Assembly (NCBI GenBank): GCA_964420435.1
Contig: CAYQTC010000007.1
Span: 70,018-134,017 of the forward strand
Length of the DNA: 64,000 nt
Origin: an uncultured Geobacter sp.
GTDB taxonomy: Bacteria; Desulfobacterota; Desulfuromonadia; Geobacterales; Pseudopelobacteraceae
Reading direction: 5' to 3'
The notes under the pieces are model-generated. The model ran no database searches, was not told where the DNA came from, and saw only the letters and a program-made list of their open reading frames with translations. Below, in pieces: positions 39,394-48,820 of the stretch (positions are counted from its first letter, which is position 1; every line of letters begins with the position of its first letter). A program made the translations under genes and the position numbers.

Positions 39394-41247
39394 TCAGATG
39401 ATCCCATGCAGCGGACCGCCTTTGGCTCCAAGCGCATCGACACGGCGCTCCACTTCCGGATCGCCTTCAAGTCCGGGGGCGTGGAACGGCTTGATACGGG
39501 CATCTATCACCAGCGGACCGCGACAGCCCCAGTGATGTCCGCGACTCTCTGATTTAACGCCATATACATCGGTAGAAGGGTTGGAGCGTGTGAAGGTCAC
39601 CCACAGGAAGTTGTTCAGCGTTGCGGCTGTGAATGGGCTGTCGTCACATATAACTATCAGCGACAGCCCTTCAAAGCAGTCTCTGCTGTCATAGAAACGG
39701 CAGAAAAACTCGATCTCCGGATCGCACTCCCCCCTGCCCTGCATTGACGGCGGTCCCTGGATCGCCAGCACACCCGGCAGACAGACAGTAGCCGGGCCAA
39801 AACCGGCCGGCAGATCGAGCCCGGCAGGAACCTGAGTTGCAAGCTTGCGGATGACAGGACCGGCAGCGGCTATCACCAGCTTCGAGCCTTCATTCAAGCC
39901 TGTACCGCTGTAGTCGAGAGTATCAATGGTCGTGGCGGTCTGGAAATGGAGATTGCTACGCCAGTCGGCCCGCTCCAGAACATGCCCCAGAAAAGCGGCG
40001 ATGTCATGGGTATACAGGGCCGGTGCATCCTCATGGGCAGCGATGAAGAGATATTTGGCCAGTGAAAGCTGTCCCTGGCCAAGAATGGCGTTGGCAACCG
40101 TCAGCAGTTCCTGCGGCTGGCGAACGGCGGCATAGGGTACATAGCGCTCGCTGGCGATGGCCAGCAGCAGCGGATGTACGCCGGCAGCATCGACGGCATG
40201 CACTTCCTTGACCCCGCTGACAACGGTCGGAATCAGAGGGCCGGTCAGCTCGTGGATAAAGGCGCCGAAACTGGTGTCTTCCTGAGGCGGTCGTCCGACG
40301 GTGGTAAAGGGGAAGATCGCATCCCTTCGATGATAGACCGCTTCAACTTCGATATAGGGAAATTCGTGGGTCAGGCTGTAATAGCCGAGATGGTCGCCGA
40401 AAGGGCCTTCCGGCAGGGTTTTTCCGGGGTGTACGACACCGCAGATGCAGAAATCAGCCTCGGCAGAAAGCGGGGCATGCCCCGGCAGGCGCGTCATTGG
40501 AATGCGCTGACCGGCCAGCAGTCCGGCAAAAGAGAGTTCCGGCATCCCTTCCGGCAGCGGCATGACCGCCGCCACAGTCATGGACGGCGCACCGCCGATA
40601 AAGACATTCACGCGCAAAAGATCACCGCGGGCAATAGCTTCGGCATGGTGCGCGCCGATGCCGCGATGGATCTGGTAATGCAGGCCTGCCTGTTTGTCGG
40701 CCTGATAATGGTTGCCGGAGATCTGCACCCGGTACATCCCAAGGTTGGACTTGCCGAAACCGGGTTGGGACGGGCTTTCGGAATAGACTTGCGGGAGGGT
40801 GATGAAAGCTCCGCCGTCTTTCGGCCAGGAAACGATCTGCGGCAGATTGGAAAGCGTTGTGCGGCATTCCAGCACCGGCGCGGACGAGGTCGTCCGAGGC
40901 AGCAGATTGTAGGCGGCAAAGGGTGCTTTAACAGCATCGAGAGGATTTTTCAGCGCGGAAAACGGGTTGATTTTCAGGTCCACCAGTCGCCGGATATCGT
41001 CCAGTGTATCGCGGAAAATAAAGCGGGTGCGCTCCAGAGTGCCGAACAGGTTACCAAGCAGGGGAAACTTGCAGCCGGCGGCATTTGTAAACAGCAAAGC
41101 CGGACCGCCGGCCTGATATACCCGGCGCTGGATAGCGCCAACTTCGAGATAAGGGTCACAGGGTACATTTATACGAAGAAGCATGCCGTGCCGTTCCAGA
41201 TCGGCGACACACTGTTGAAGATTGCTATAACCCATCCTATCCACCAT
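39394..41247 (-). CDS. UbiD-family (prenyl-FMN dependent) decarboxylase
   Basis: 617 aa with UbiD-like motifs (LLFTNAAGCKFPLLGNLFGT..., GLHYQIHRG, GGAPSMTVAAVMPLPEG). Confidence 0.8.
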   Translation of the reverse strand: MVDRMGYSNLQQCVADLERHGMLLRINVPCDPYLEVGAIQRRVYQAGGPALLFTNAAGCKFPLLGNLFGTLERTRFIFRDTLDDIRRLVDLKINPFSALKNPLDAVKAPFAAYNLLPRTTSSAPVLECRTTLSNLPQIVSWPKDGGAFITLPQVYSESPSQPGFGKSNLGMYRVQISGNHYQADKQAGLHYQIHRGIGAHHAEAIARGDLLRVNVFIGGAPSMTVAAVMPLPEGMPELSFAGLLAGQRIPMTRLPGHAPLSAEADFCICGVVHPGKTLPEGPFGDHLGYYSLTHEFPYIEVEAVYHRRDAIFPFTTVGRPPQEDTSFGAFIHELTGPLIPTVVSGVKEVHAVDAAGVHPLLLAIASERYVPYAAVRQPQELLTVANAILGQGQLSLAKYLFIAAHEDAPALYTHDIAAFLGHVLERADWRSNLHFQTATTIDTLDYSGTGLNEGSKLVIAAAGPVIRKLATQVPAGLDLPAGFGPATVCLPGVLAIQGPPSMQGRGECDPEIEFFCRFYDSRDCFEGLSLIVICDDSPFTAATLNNFLWVTFTRSNPSTDVYGVKSESRGHHWGCRGPLVIDARIKPFHAPGLEGDPEVERRVDALGAKGGPLHGII

Positions 41248-42508
41248 TCCTGCGAATTTTATTGAGTATCATTTCTGTAAGTCTCAGCTTTTCACGGGCT
41301 GCACTTATTTCCGAGCGGGCCGGTTCATTTTTGAAGCGCTCAAGCGCTTTTTTCAAAATTGAATCCGCTTCACCGTAATATCCGGATTTGTGTCGCCAAC
41401 GGGCAAGAGCAATCGGATACTGCGCCGTATCAGGATCCAGGCTGATTGCCTTTAAGAGTGAGGCTTCAGCTTGTGCGGATCTGCCTTCCCTGTCATCTTT
41501 TCTGGCTTTCTGGAATTGCATCAGGGCAATTGCACCGCGCACATCACGACGATCCGGCTCGCTTCCGAGTCTGTTTTCAGTTTGTTCAAGAAATGCAATC
41601 GCCTCGTCATGCTGTCCGCTTCTTGCATATGCCGACATGATTGCAGCTATTGTTTCCCTGTTTTTACCGTTGATTGCAAGCGCTTTTCTGAAATGCTCAA
41701 GTGCAGAAGAATACTCTTCCCGTCCCATAGCCGAACGTCCAAGATGAAGATGCGACTTTATCAGATAATCGTTGAAAATCATTTTTACAGCTTCATCTTT
41801 AATTCCGGGAAAACGTTCCGCATAAAAGCTTACAAGATCGGCAAATCGTCCCAGACGCATATAACAGTTTGCCAGACCGGTCAGATAAGGTGCCAGCTTG
41901 GAGGGATTCTGAGAATAAGCTATATCGGCCAGGGGCAGGGATTTTTCGTAACTTTGCACAGCTTCACTTAACGCCCCAGACCGCATAAATGAAATTGCTG
42001 TGGAACGGGCCAGTTGTGCATCATATTGGGCTGACATTTTTTGAAAAACAGACAGTGCTTCTTCGTCCTGTTGCAACTGCCTCAATGTAAGTCTGGCGAG
42101 ATCAAAATTGCAGTCGTCCTCTGAGGCATCAATATGCCTGTCGTGCAGCTCTCCGGCAAGCGCGACTCCGTCAATGGAGAGCTTCATGGAATGGCCTTCG
42201 GCAAGCTTGGGATCCGAATAGGGGTAGCGTACAGAAAGCCGGTCCAGAGAAGAACCGGACAACCTGCCGACGGTTACACTTTCGCCTCCCACCAGTCCAG
42301 TAATAGTTTTAAGTTCATCATCGACACTCAAAACCAAAAAAACCTTGTGCTGACCACGAACGCCGTCACAAGCCTTTCCGGAGGTTGTAACAACAGCAAG
42401 GTTTCCGACATAAAGCCGCAGATCAGCCCTGACAGTCGCGGGCAGTAGTAAACCAGCAATAATTATTGCAGAAAGAATGAAGGAATATGGTCGCATGAAA
42501 TCGCTCAC
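41237..42508 (-). CDS. Secreted tetratricopeptide-repeat protein
   Basis: Signal-peptide-like N-terminus and multiple TPR-like A/Y/L repeats in the C-terminal 250 aa. Confidence 0.7.
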   Translation of the reverse strand: MSDFMRPYSFILSAIIIAGLLLPATVRADLRLYVGNLAVVTTSGKACDGVRGQHKVFLVLSVDDELKTITGLVGGESVTVGRLSGSSLDRLSVRYPYSDPKLAEGHSMKLSIDGVALAGELHDRHIDASEDDCNFDLARLTLRQLQQDEEALSVFQKMSAQYDAQLARSTAISFMRSGALSEAVQSYEKSLPLADIAYSQNPSKLAPYLTGLANCYMRLGRFADLVSFYAERFPGIKDEAVKMIFNDYLIKSHLHLGRSAMGREEYSSALEHFRKALAINGKNRETIAAIMSAYARSGQHDEAIAFLEQTENRLGSEPDRRDVRGAIALMQFQKARKDDREGRSAQAEASLLKAISLDPDTAQYPIALARWRHKSGYYGEADSILKKALERFKNEPARSEISAAREKLRLTEMILNKIRRNGG

Positions 42509-42527
42509 AAAGTGGTATTTTCAAAAT

Positions 42528-42815
42528 TTAACGCCGGCTGACACCGGACGAACCTGTTTTTTTAACATTCTTTTTGGGGGAATCTTTGACAACGATCAAC
42601 CGGTCACCCAGCATGGCTCCATTCAGAAGATCAACCGCTTCTCTGGCCTCCTCTTCGGTCGACATCCTGACATACCCGCACCCCCTGAAATCACCTGAAC
42701 CGGAATCAACGACAAGATGGACGGACGAAACCGTTCCCGCCACGGAGAACAGCTTTCGCACTTCATCCTCCGTGACTGTACCGGAGATTTGGCCGACATA
42801 TATTTCCACTCCCAT
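42528..42815 (-). CDS. RNA-binding protein with RRM domain
   Basis: RNP2-like IYVGQI and RNP1-like RGCGYVRM. About 95 aa from the ATG at 42815. Confidence 0.8.
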   Translation of the reverse strand: MGVEIYVGQISGTVTEDEVRKLFSVAGTVSSVHLVVDSGSGDFRGCGYVRMSTEEEAREAVDLLNGAMLGDRLIVVKDSPKKNVKKTGSSGVSRR

Positions 42816-42837
42816 CAAGAACTTTCCTTTCAATCAG

Positions 42838-43614
42838 TTATTTGAATATTTCCGCAAAAAATGTCTTCATCGCTTCCCAAGAACGCCGGTCCGCTTTCTC
42901 GTTATAGGCAGCCCCCTTGCTGTTGTCTGTGCCGGCAGCCTTATTGGTGAAACTGTGAACGGCATTGCTGTAGCTGATAAACTGCCAGTCAACTCCGCCA
43001 TTCCTCATTTCGTCCTGAAAAGCGGCCACCTCATCAGCTTTTACAAAAGGGTCGTCAGCGCCGTGCAGCACCAGCACTTTAGCTGTGATGTTTTTGGCAT
43101 CCAGTGGTGTGGGAGTGGACAGTCCGCCATGGAAACTTACGACCCCCTTGACATCAGCAGCGTCACGAGCAAGCTCCAGAACGGTTGTGCCGCCGAAACA
43201 ATATCCGATGGCGGCAATACGCTGCGGATCGGCAAGCTTTTGTTTTTTAAGTTCTTCCAGCCCGGCTCTGACCCTGGCCCGCATCAGGGGGCGATCATTT
43301 TTGTAGACGCCGGCTGTTTTAGCGGCTTCCGGCTGGGCGGAGGGACGGATACCCTTGCCGTAAATATCTGCGGCAAAGGCAACGTAACCAAGCTTGGCCA
43401 GCATTTCGGCCCGTTGTTTCATATGTTCGTTGATACCGGTCCACTCATGCACGATCAGGACTCCGGGGCGTTTGGCGCTTTTGGCGTCATCCCAGGCCAT
43501 GTACCCTTCAAGGATCGTATCGCCTTGTTTGTATTCGACAACTTTTGTTTTTACGGAAGCTTCAGCATTTATGGAAAATAACAGCAGCGCCAGTATTATC
43601 AGTATGCTTTTCAT
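42838..43614 (-). CDS. Dienelactone hydrolase family protein (secreted)
   Basis: Signal peptide MKSILIILALLLFSINAEA. Nucleophile elbow GYCFGG and a C-terminal HSF motif. Confidence 0.8.
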   Translation of the reverse strand: MKSILIILALLLFSINAEASVKTKVVEYKQGDTILEGYMAWDDAKSAKRPGVLIVHEWTGINEHMKQRAEMLAKLGYVAFAADIYGKGIRPSAQPEAAKTAGVYKNDRPLMRARVRAGLEELKKQKLADPQRIAAIGYCFGGTTVLELARDAADVKGVVSFHGGLSTPTPLDAKNITAKVLVLHGADDPFVKADEVAAFQDEMRNGGVDWQFISYSNAVHSFTNKAAGTDNSKGAAYNEKADRRSWEAMKTFFAEIFK

Positions 43615-43753
43615 GACAGACCCCCTTTTAAAACTGACCAACCAAATGGTCTTAACAGCTTAGTACATTGAAATTATAAACTATTTTTGTGCGACATATA
43701 AGCTATTTATCGACGGTTTATGTAACCCGTGAAAAAGGTCTTTTGCAATGGTG

Positions 43754-44497
43754 TCATTCTTCCAGCAATTCAACGGAATCATCCTTGAGCGGAACCCCGG
43801 AAATGCCGCGCCGAATGGCTTCCCCGGTAAGATAGAGCAGTTTTGCGGCGGCAGCCTCGTAGCCCATACCATCCGGCGGGCGGATGTTGGAAATGCAGTT
43901 CCGTTGTGCATCGCAGTTGCCAGGCTGCGGCGCATAGGTCAGGTACATACCGAGACTGTCGGCTGAACTGAGGCCGGGACGCTCGCCGACGATGATCACC
44001 GCTACCCGCGCGGCAAGAAGGCTGCCGATCTCGTCCGATAATGCGACGCGACCATTGGCGACCAGGCAAACCGGGGCAATGCTGATCTGACTCGTCCGAT
44101 AGCCTTTCAATATTGACTGCAGCAGCGGAATACCATGGCGTTCGACAGCAGTGGATGACAAACCGTTAGTAACAATCAGCGCCACATCCGCCTGACCGGA
44201 CTCGGAATTTCTCAGACGGGATCCTGATTCTTCGGTGAGAACCCGGCCCAGGTCGGGGCGACGGAGATACTCGCTGCGGCTGCCGACGGGCGAATCCAGG
44301 ACCAGAACATTTTCACCAAGATTCCTCACTTGCGCGGCAAAGGCGTTCATATTCCAGGAAAAATGCACCGCATCCCGCGCCCGGGCATGGGCCAGCTGTA
44401 AATCCAGCAGTACCCTGGTCGGAACGGCGTGCCCGGACCGTCCAAGGGCGATACGCGCCTGGGTAAACCTGCGCAGGGCAACCCACGAATCGGTCAT
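43754..44497 (-). CDS. eutC: Ethanolamine ammonia-lyase small subunit
   Basis: N-terminus ...LRRFTQARIALGRSG and GERPGLSSADSLG. The ATG at 44497 overlaps the eutB stop (ATGA). Confidence 0.9.
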   Translation of the reverse strand: MTDSWVALRRFTQARIALGRSGHAVPTRVLLDLQLAHARARDAVHFSWNMNAFAAQVRNLGENVLVLDSPVGSRSEYLRRPDLGRVLTEESGSRLRNSESGQADVALIVTNGLSSTAVERHGIPLLQSILKGYRTSQISIAPVCLVANGRVALSDEIGSLLAARVAVIIVGERPGLSSADSLGMYLTYAPQPGNCDAQRNCISNIRPPDGMGYEAAAAKLLYLTGEAIRRGISGVPLKDDSVELLEE

Positions 44498-45891
44498 ACA
44501 GATCCCCCCGTCAGCTCGTTGACGGCTTTTATCAGTTTTGGAGATAATGTACCCCGGCACAAGCCGTTGCGCCCGTCGAAGATCCCCATGCGTTTCAGCC
44601 AATCCTCAAATTCAGGCGCGGGCCGCAGCCCCAGAACACGGCGGAGATAAAGTGCGTCGTGGAACGAACTGCTCTGATAGGCCAGCATGACGTCGTCGGA
44701 TCCGGGAACGCCCATGATGTAACTGCAGCCGGCCACGCCCAGCAGGGTCATCAGGTTGTCCATATCGTTCTGGTCGGCCTCGGCGTGATTGGTGTAGCAG
44801 ACGTCGCAGCCCATGGGCAGGCCCAGCAGTTTGCCGCAGAAATGGTCCTCCAGTCCGGCACGGATAATCTGTTTGCCATCATACAGATATTCCGGCCCGA
44901 TGAAACCGACCACGGTATTGACCAGCAGCGGCGAAAAAGCCCGGGCAACGGCATAAGCTCGAGCCTCGCAGGTCTGGGCATCGATGCCGTGATTTGCATT
45001 GGCCGACAGTGCGCTCCCCTGCCCGGTTTCAAAGTACATCAGGTTATCGCCAAGGGTTCCGCGCCCCAGGGCAAGCGCCGTTTCGCGGGCTTCTGCCAGC
45101 AGGGCCAGGTTTATTCCAAAGCTTTTATTGGCCGCTTCGGTCCCGGCGATGGACTGGAACACCAAATCCACCGGAGCGCCGCGACGCATCAGTTCCAGTG
45201 TGGTGGTAACATGGGACAGCACACTGGATTGGGTCGGGATTTCATGGCGCTGGATGATGTCGTCCAGCAGGTGCAGCAGCTGTTCCACGTTCTTCGGGCT
45301 GTCCGTGGCAGGATTAATGCCGATGACCGCATCGCCGTTGCCGTACAGCAATCCGTCCAGCACGCTGGCGGCAATGCCGCGGGGATCGTCGGTGGGATGG
45401 TTGGGCTGCAGCCGCGTGGAAAGACAGCCCGGAAGTCCGATGGTATTGCGGAAGCGGGTGGTCACCTTACAGCGCCCGGCCACCGAGATCAAGTCCTGGT
45501 TGCGCATGATCTTGGAAACCGCCGCGGCCATTTCCGGAGTAATTCCCATTCGAATCGAGGCGATTTCTTCGTCGGAAGTGAAGTCGCTCAACAGCCATTC
45601 GCGAAATTCTCCGACACTCAAAGACGAGATCAGGGTGAAGGCGGCCCGGTCATGGGATTCTACAATCAGACGGCTGACTTCGTCTTCCTCCGGCGGAATC
45701 AAGGGTTCCGCGAGAAACGTCGTCAATGGCAGATCGGCCAGCAGCCATTGGGCAACGGCCCGCTCTTCCTCCGAGGCAGCGGCAATCCCGGCCAGTTCGT
45801 CCGCCGACCGCAGCGGCGAAGCCTTGGCCAACAGGGCTTTAAGATCCGCAAAGCCGTAGGATCTGCCTTTAATGTTCTGGGTGTATTTCAT
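44494..45891 (-). CDS. eutB: Ethanolamine ammonia-lyase large subunit
   Basis: EutB-type sequence throughout (YFETGQGS, MGCDVCYTNH). The ATG at 45891 is preferred over the TTG at 45900. Confidence 0.93.
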   Translation of the reverse strand: MKYTQNIKGRSYGFADLKALLAKASPLRSADELAGIAAASEEERAVAQWLLADLPLTTFLAEPLIPPEEDEVSRLIVESHDRAAFTLISSLSVGEFREWLLSDFTSDEEIASIRMGITPEMAAAVSKIMRNQDLISVAGRCKVTTRFRNTIGLPGCLSTRLQPNHPTDDPRGIAASVLDGLLYGNGDAVIGINPATDSPKNVEQLLHLLDDIIQRHEIPTQSSVLSHVTTTLELMRRGAPVDLVFQSIAGTEAANKSFGINLALLAEARETALALGRGTLGDNLMYFETGQGSALSANANHGIDAQTCEARAYAVARAFSPLLVNTVVGFIGPEYLYDGKQIIRAGLEDHFCGKLLGLPMGCDVCYTNHAEADQNDMDNLMTLLGVAGCSYIMGVPGSDDVMLAYQSSSFHDALYLRRVLGLRPAPEFEDWLKRMGIFDGRNGLCRGTLSPKLIKAVNELTGGSV

Positions 45892-45984
45892 GCCGATCAA
45901 GTTCCTGGAGTGTCAAAAGGATGAATAGAGATGATTATCATTTCTACCGGATGGACTTACTTGCAAATTTCTGCTCGGGTTGAA

Positions 45985-46248
45985 TCAAACACTGCCCAGC
46001 TTCTTTTCGATCCTTTCGATAACCTCGAAAACGGTCCCTTCCATGTCATCCCCATAGACGGTAAAATACAGATATTGACCGGTGTGGTCTGACCAGTCCA
46101 GGTTCTCGACCTGAAGTGGAGAAAGCAGCGATTCCATTTTCTCATAAGAGATGAATGGGTCTCCGTCAGGCCACTTTCTGTCAAGCCTTGCCTGCTGGGC
46201 ATCCGTCAGGCGTATCCTGTATGTTATTGAATAAACTTCAGCTTTCAT
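45985..46248 (-). CDS. Orphan hypothetical protein (87 aa)
   Basis: ORF track only; AT-rich context. No family recognised. Confidence 0.35.
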   Translation of the reverse strand: MKAEVYSITYRIRLTDAQQARLDRKWPDGDPFISYEKMESLLSPLQVENLDWSDHTGQYLYFTVYGDDMEGTVFEVIERIEKKLGSV

Positions 46249-46364
46249 AGCATACCTAACCGCCTATTTATCGATTGTTTTAATAAATAAATCACATGAC
46301 AACGGTAAAAAACACAAAAAAACAGGTCAATGTCAGTCGGCTGTGGTGGGTGAGGTGTTGCCTC

Positions 46365-46556
46365 CTAGCACACTTCATCACTGCTATTAATTTCATCTCC
46401 AAGCGTCAGTGTTTCCATGGTGTGTGTTATCTTTCGAATCTCTGACCTGGAGTAACCTTCTGCGACTAATGCCTTTATAAACATATTTGCCACTGCTGAA
46501 GGTTTGCAATGCCTGCTTAAGGCTTCTCTTAAAGTCTGAATGGCTTTCTCTTCCAC
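46365..46556 (-). CDS. Orphan hypothetical protein (63 aa)
   Basis: ORF track only. Starts 14 nt after the PilZ gene stop. No family recognised. Confidence 0.3.
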   Translation of the reverse strand: MEEKAIQTLREALSRHCKPSAVANMFIKALVAEGYSRSEIRKITHTMETLTLGDEINSSDEVC

Positions 46557-46569
46557 CTTGTCCCCCTTT

Positions 46570-46911
46570 TTAAATGTTAAAGCTGACTCCTATGTTTTCT
46601 GAATCAAACCTAACTATTTTGACAGGTCGTTTTATTGGGAATGAGGACGATTTATCAGTAAACATCATGTCACATGAATCACCAATGTGCAGGTGATTTT
46701 CGCCGCTCACCTTAACTAATGCCCCGCCCTTGGATATATTGCCCAATAACCCCTCGTAGGTATCCCCATCTCGACACATCAAGATGCAGTAAGTGTAACA
46801 ATTGATTCTTGTGTGCCTTCTGTTTTCCAAGGTGCCCATAATATTTCCCTCTCTCAAGCACGCTAATATAAGATTCTCAAAAACTTTATCAGACAATGAA
46901 ATATACCTCAT
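46570..46911 (-). CDS. Stand-alone PilZ domain protein (c-di-GMP receptor)
   Basis: RRHTR (RxxxR) and NISKGG (NxSxxG) motifs at the canonical spacing; 113 aa. Confidence 0.65.
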   Translation of the reverse strand: MRYISLSDKVFENLILACLREGNIMGTLENRRHTRINCYTYCILMCRDGDTYEGLLGNISKGGALVKVSGENHLHIGDSCDMMFTDKSSSFPIKRPVKIVRFDSENIGVSFNI

Positions 46912-47238
46912 ATCGAAGGAAGTTCAACTCTCAGCCTTGAGCTTCTAGAAACCAATATTAAAATCCATATAAAATAGATTGTGAGGTATAAGGTATTGCG
47001 ACTGCTCAAGTCTTGAGTATTCTGTTGAGCGATCATTGCGTTTCTCAGGTTTGGAAAAGTTACTGGACAACTATGGAGAGCGTTAAGAAGGAAAACTTAA
47101 CAAGTAAGGCGTTCCTTCTTTTAACAAGTCAGAACTCCTTAAGCTTGTGTTTGGATAAGTTGTTGAGCGGCCTTGGGGAAAAGCGCGTGGAATCGCCAAG
47201 CAGATTGATACTGTTTGTCAAATCTGTCACTGTGAGTA

Positions 47239-47271
47239 TAAAAAAAGAGGTCAGCATTTCCGCTGACCTCT
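47239..47271 (-). terminator. Rho-independent terminator of tRNA-Ala
   Basis: 10-bp stem AGAGGTCAGC/GCTGACCTCT (47246-47271), followed on the minus strand by TTTTTTT. It begins 12 nt past the tRNA 3' end. Confidence 0.75.
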
Positions 47272-47282
47272 TGAGTTATTTT

Positions 47283-47358
47283 TGGTGGAGGTTAACGGGA
47301 TCGAACCGATGACCTCGTCGCTGCCAGCGACGCGCTCTCCCAGCTGAGCTAAACCCCC
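47283..47358 (-). tRNA. tRNA-Ala (anticodon GGC)
   Basis: The reverse complement folds as a cloverleaf: GGGGGTT acceptor with the G3:U70 alanine identity pair, anticodon loop CU-GGC-AG, T-loop TTCGATC and an encoded CCA. There is one U50-U64 mismatch in the T-stem. Confidence 0.92.
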
Positions 47359-47470
47359 ACAAAGTGAAACGTGTATTTATCAAACAATAATGAGCCTGTC
47401 AATGAATTTATATCAGGTACGAATTTAAATCATAAATTTCATAAAAATGAAACCCGCAATCAAAATTACC

Positions 47471-47500
47471 TTGACTTGAAAGGAGGTTTTAGTTTATCTA
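47471..47500 (+). promoter_or_regulatory. Candidate promoter for tRNA-His
   Basis: TTGACT (47471-47476), then 18 nt, then TATCTA (47495-47500), about 15 nt before the tRNA 5' end. The -10 element is weak. Confidence 0.35.
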
Positions 47501-47514
47501 TTCTGTCTCTTTAT

Positions 47515-47591
47515 GGTGGCTATGGTGAAGCGGTCAACACTTACGACTGTGACTCGTACATTCGAGGGTTCAAATCCCTCTAGCCACCCCA
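47515..47591 (+). tRNA. tRNA-His (anticodon GUG) with genomically encoded G-1 and CCA
   Basis: G-1 plus GTGGCTA acceptor pairing with TAGCCAC, then C73 and CCA. Anticodon stem TACGA/TCGTA with loop CT-GTG-AC. T-arm GAGGG-TTCAAAT-CCCTC. Confidence 0.92.
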
Positions 47592-47599
47592 AATATTCA

Positions 47600-47630
47600 A
47601 AGGCCGCGTCGAAATGACGCGGCCTTTTTT
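47600..47630 (+). terminator. Rho-independent terminator of tRNA-His (also lies just downstream of the convergent jetD)
   Basis: 9-bp stem GGCCGCGTC/GACGCGGCC (47602-47624) followed by TTTTTT. Confidence 0.8.
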
Positions 47631-47647
47631 CGTAACAACCCAACATA

Positions 47648-48820
47648 TCAGAACTCGGCCAGCGCCGATTCCAGCCAGCCGAAACCGATCCTCTCCTGCT
47701 CAAGCCGCAGATTCCTGCGAATGCGGTTATCCCGCAGATCATCGTAGAGTGCCCTTTCCTCCCGGTTAAGCCTGTGCAGGTCGTGCAGCGCCTGCTTCTC
47801 TTCCACACCCCATTGTGATTCGAACGCCAGCAGAGTGCCCCGATCCATCAATAACGATTCCACCTGCTCGAAGCGGCTACGGAGCTGATCCAGAATCGCG
47901 AAGCCATGGGTGTCAATATCGCCCCAATAATGAATGCGGCAACTTGCAAGCCATGCGGCCCCACTCAACATCTCGAAGCCGTATCCGGCTCCGAAGATCA
48001 CCAGGCTGTCCTTTAGCTGCGGAAAGGCCAGGAAGTTGATCTCGTTCTCGGTGATGAAAACCCGCGAGACTTTCGGCTCAAGTCGGGCAAAGCTCTCGGC
48101 GTCCAGGGTAATGTCCTGAGGGGAGACGCCCGGCAGAACGTCACGCTCGGGATCCAACATTCGGAAGCGGATGCGAACCGGCTTGTCGCGAAACCCGTAG
48201 CGGCTTGCAAAGCGGCTTACTCCCGCGGCCGAGGAATCGATCGCCTCGGACGGCAGAACGATGTCCAGCAATTCGGACAGCACCCCGCGCTGGGCTTCGA
48301 TGAATTTGGTATGTACCCCTGGAATATCCACCTGCCGCAGATACACGCCGGGGCGCGGATGTTTCTGAAGCCAGGAAACGATTTCCAGCAGCCGGCTCCA
48401 TTCGTCAAAAAGCTCCAACGCACGCAGTGGCCGTTTGGCCAGCCAGTCCAGCAATTTCGGCTGCCGCCTGAGCGTTATCCCGATCAAATCTGTGAAGCGG
48501 GCGGCGTCCCGCTGCTTGCCGAGCAGCGCCAAGGCATCCTGGGCAGAATCGATCCACACCTCCTGGGGCACGGCATTTTCGCCGAACTGGCGGTGCCTGA
48601 ACTCCCGCATCTCCACCCGGCAGTGAGACATCGCCCGAAGTTCAATGATCCAGGCTCGTACCTCGTCAAAGCGGTCGGCCATCTCGGCCGAGGTAGGCAC
48701 CTTGAGCAGCAACCGCTTCGGGAACAGCGACTCGCCGGTGACAAGGGCGGACAGTATTTCGCCCTTATCCCACAGCTTTTGCAGCTGGGCCCGCAGATCT
48801 ACCGGCCTGGTACACTTCAT
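47648..48820 (-). CDS. jetD: Wadjet JetD-like protein (DUF3322 N-terminal domain plus DUF2220/Toprim-type nuclease domain)
   Basis: 390 aa. The C-terminal domain has a Toprim-like acidic glutamate in [14 protein letters not shown] and a DxD motif in [17 protein letters not shown]. The ATG overlaps the jetC stop (ATGA). Confidence 0.85.
   Translation of the reverse strand: MKCTRPVDLRAQLQKLWDKGEILSALVTGESLFPKRLLLKVPTSAEMADRFDEVRAWIIELRAMSHCRVEMREFRHRQFGENAVPQEVWIDSAQDALALLGKQRDAARFTDLIGITLRRQPKLLDWLAKRPLRALELFDEWSRLLEIVSWLQKHPRPGVYLRQVDIPGVHTKFIEAQRGVLSELLDIVLPSEAIDSSAAGVSRFASRYGFRDKPVRIRFRMLDPERDVLPGVSPQDITLDAESFARLEPKVSRVFITENEINFLAFPQLKDSLVIFGAGYGFEMLSGAAWLASCRIHYWGDIDTHGFAILDQLRSRFEQVESLLMDRGTLLAFESQWGVEEKQALHDLHRLNREERALYDDLRDNRIRRNLRLEQERIGFGWLESALAEF

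Noticed and set aside
39926-45924. Long antisense ORFs opposite the UbiD gene (40174-41265, plus strand, 363 aa) and eutB (44659-45924, plus strand, 421 aa). The same applies to 3120-4001, 42574-43581 and 55013-55882.
   Set aside because: Same reasoning as above: the opposite strand carries well-supported genes, and these products have no motifs and a biased composition.
45892-45984. Cobalamin riboswitch upstream of eutB.
   Set aside because: The intergenic space is only about 90 nt, too short for a B12 element, and no B-box-like sequence was seen.
47013-47312. Plus-strand 99-aa ORF running into tRNA-Ala.
   Set aside because: It overlaps the tRNA-Ala gene and its terminator, has no RBS or family signal, and lies in AT-rich intergenic DNA.
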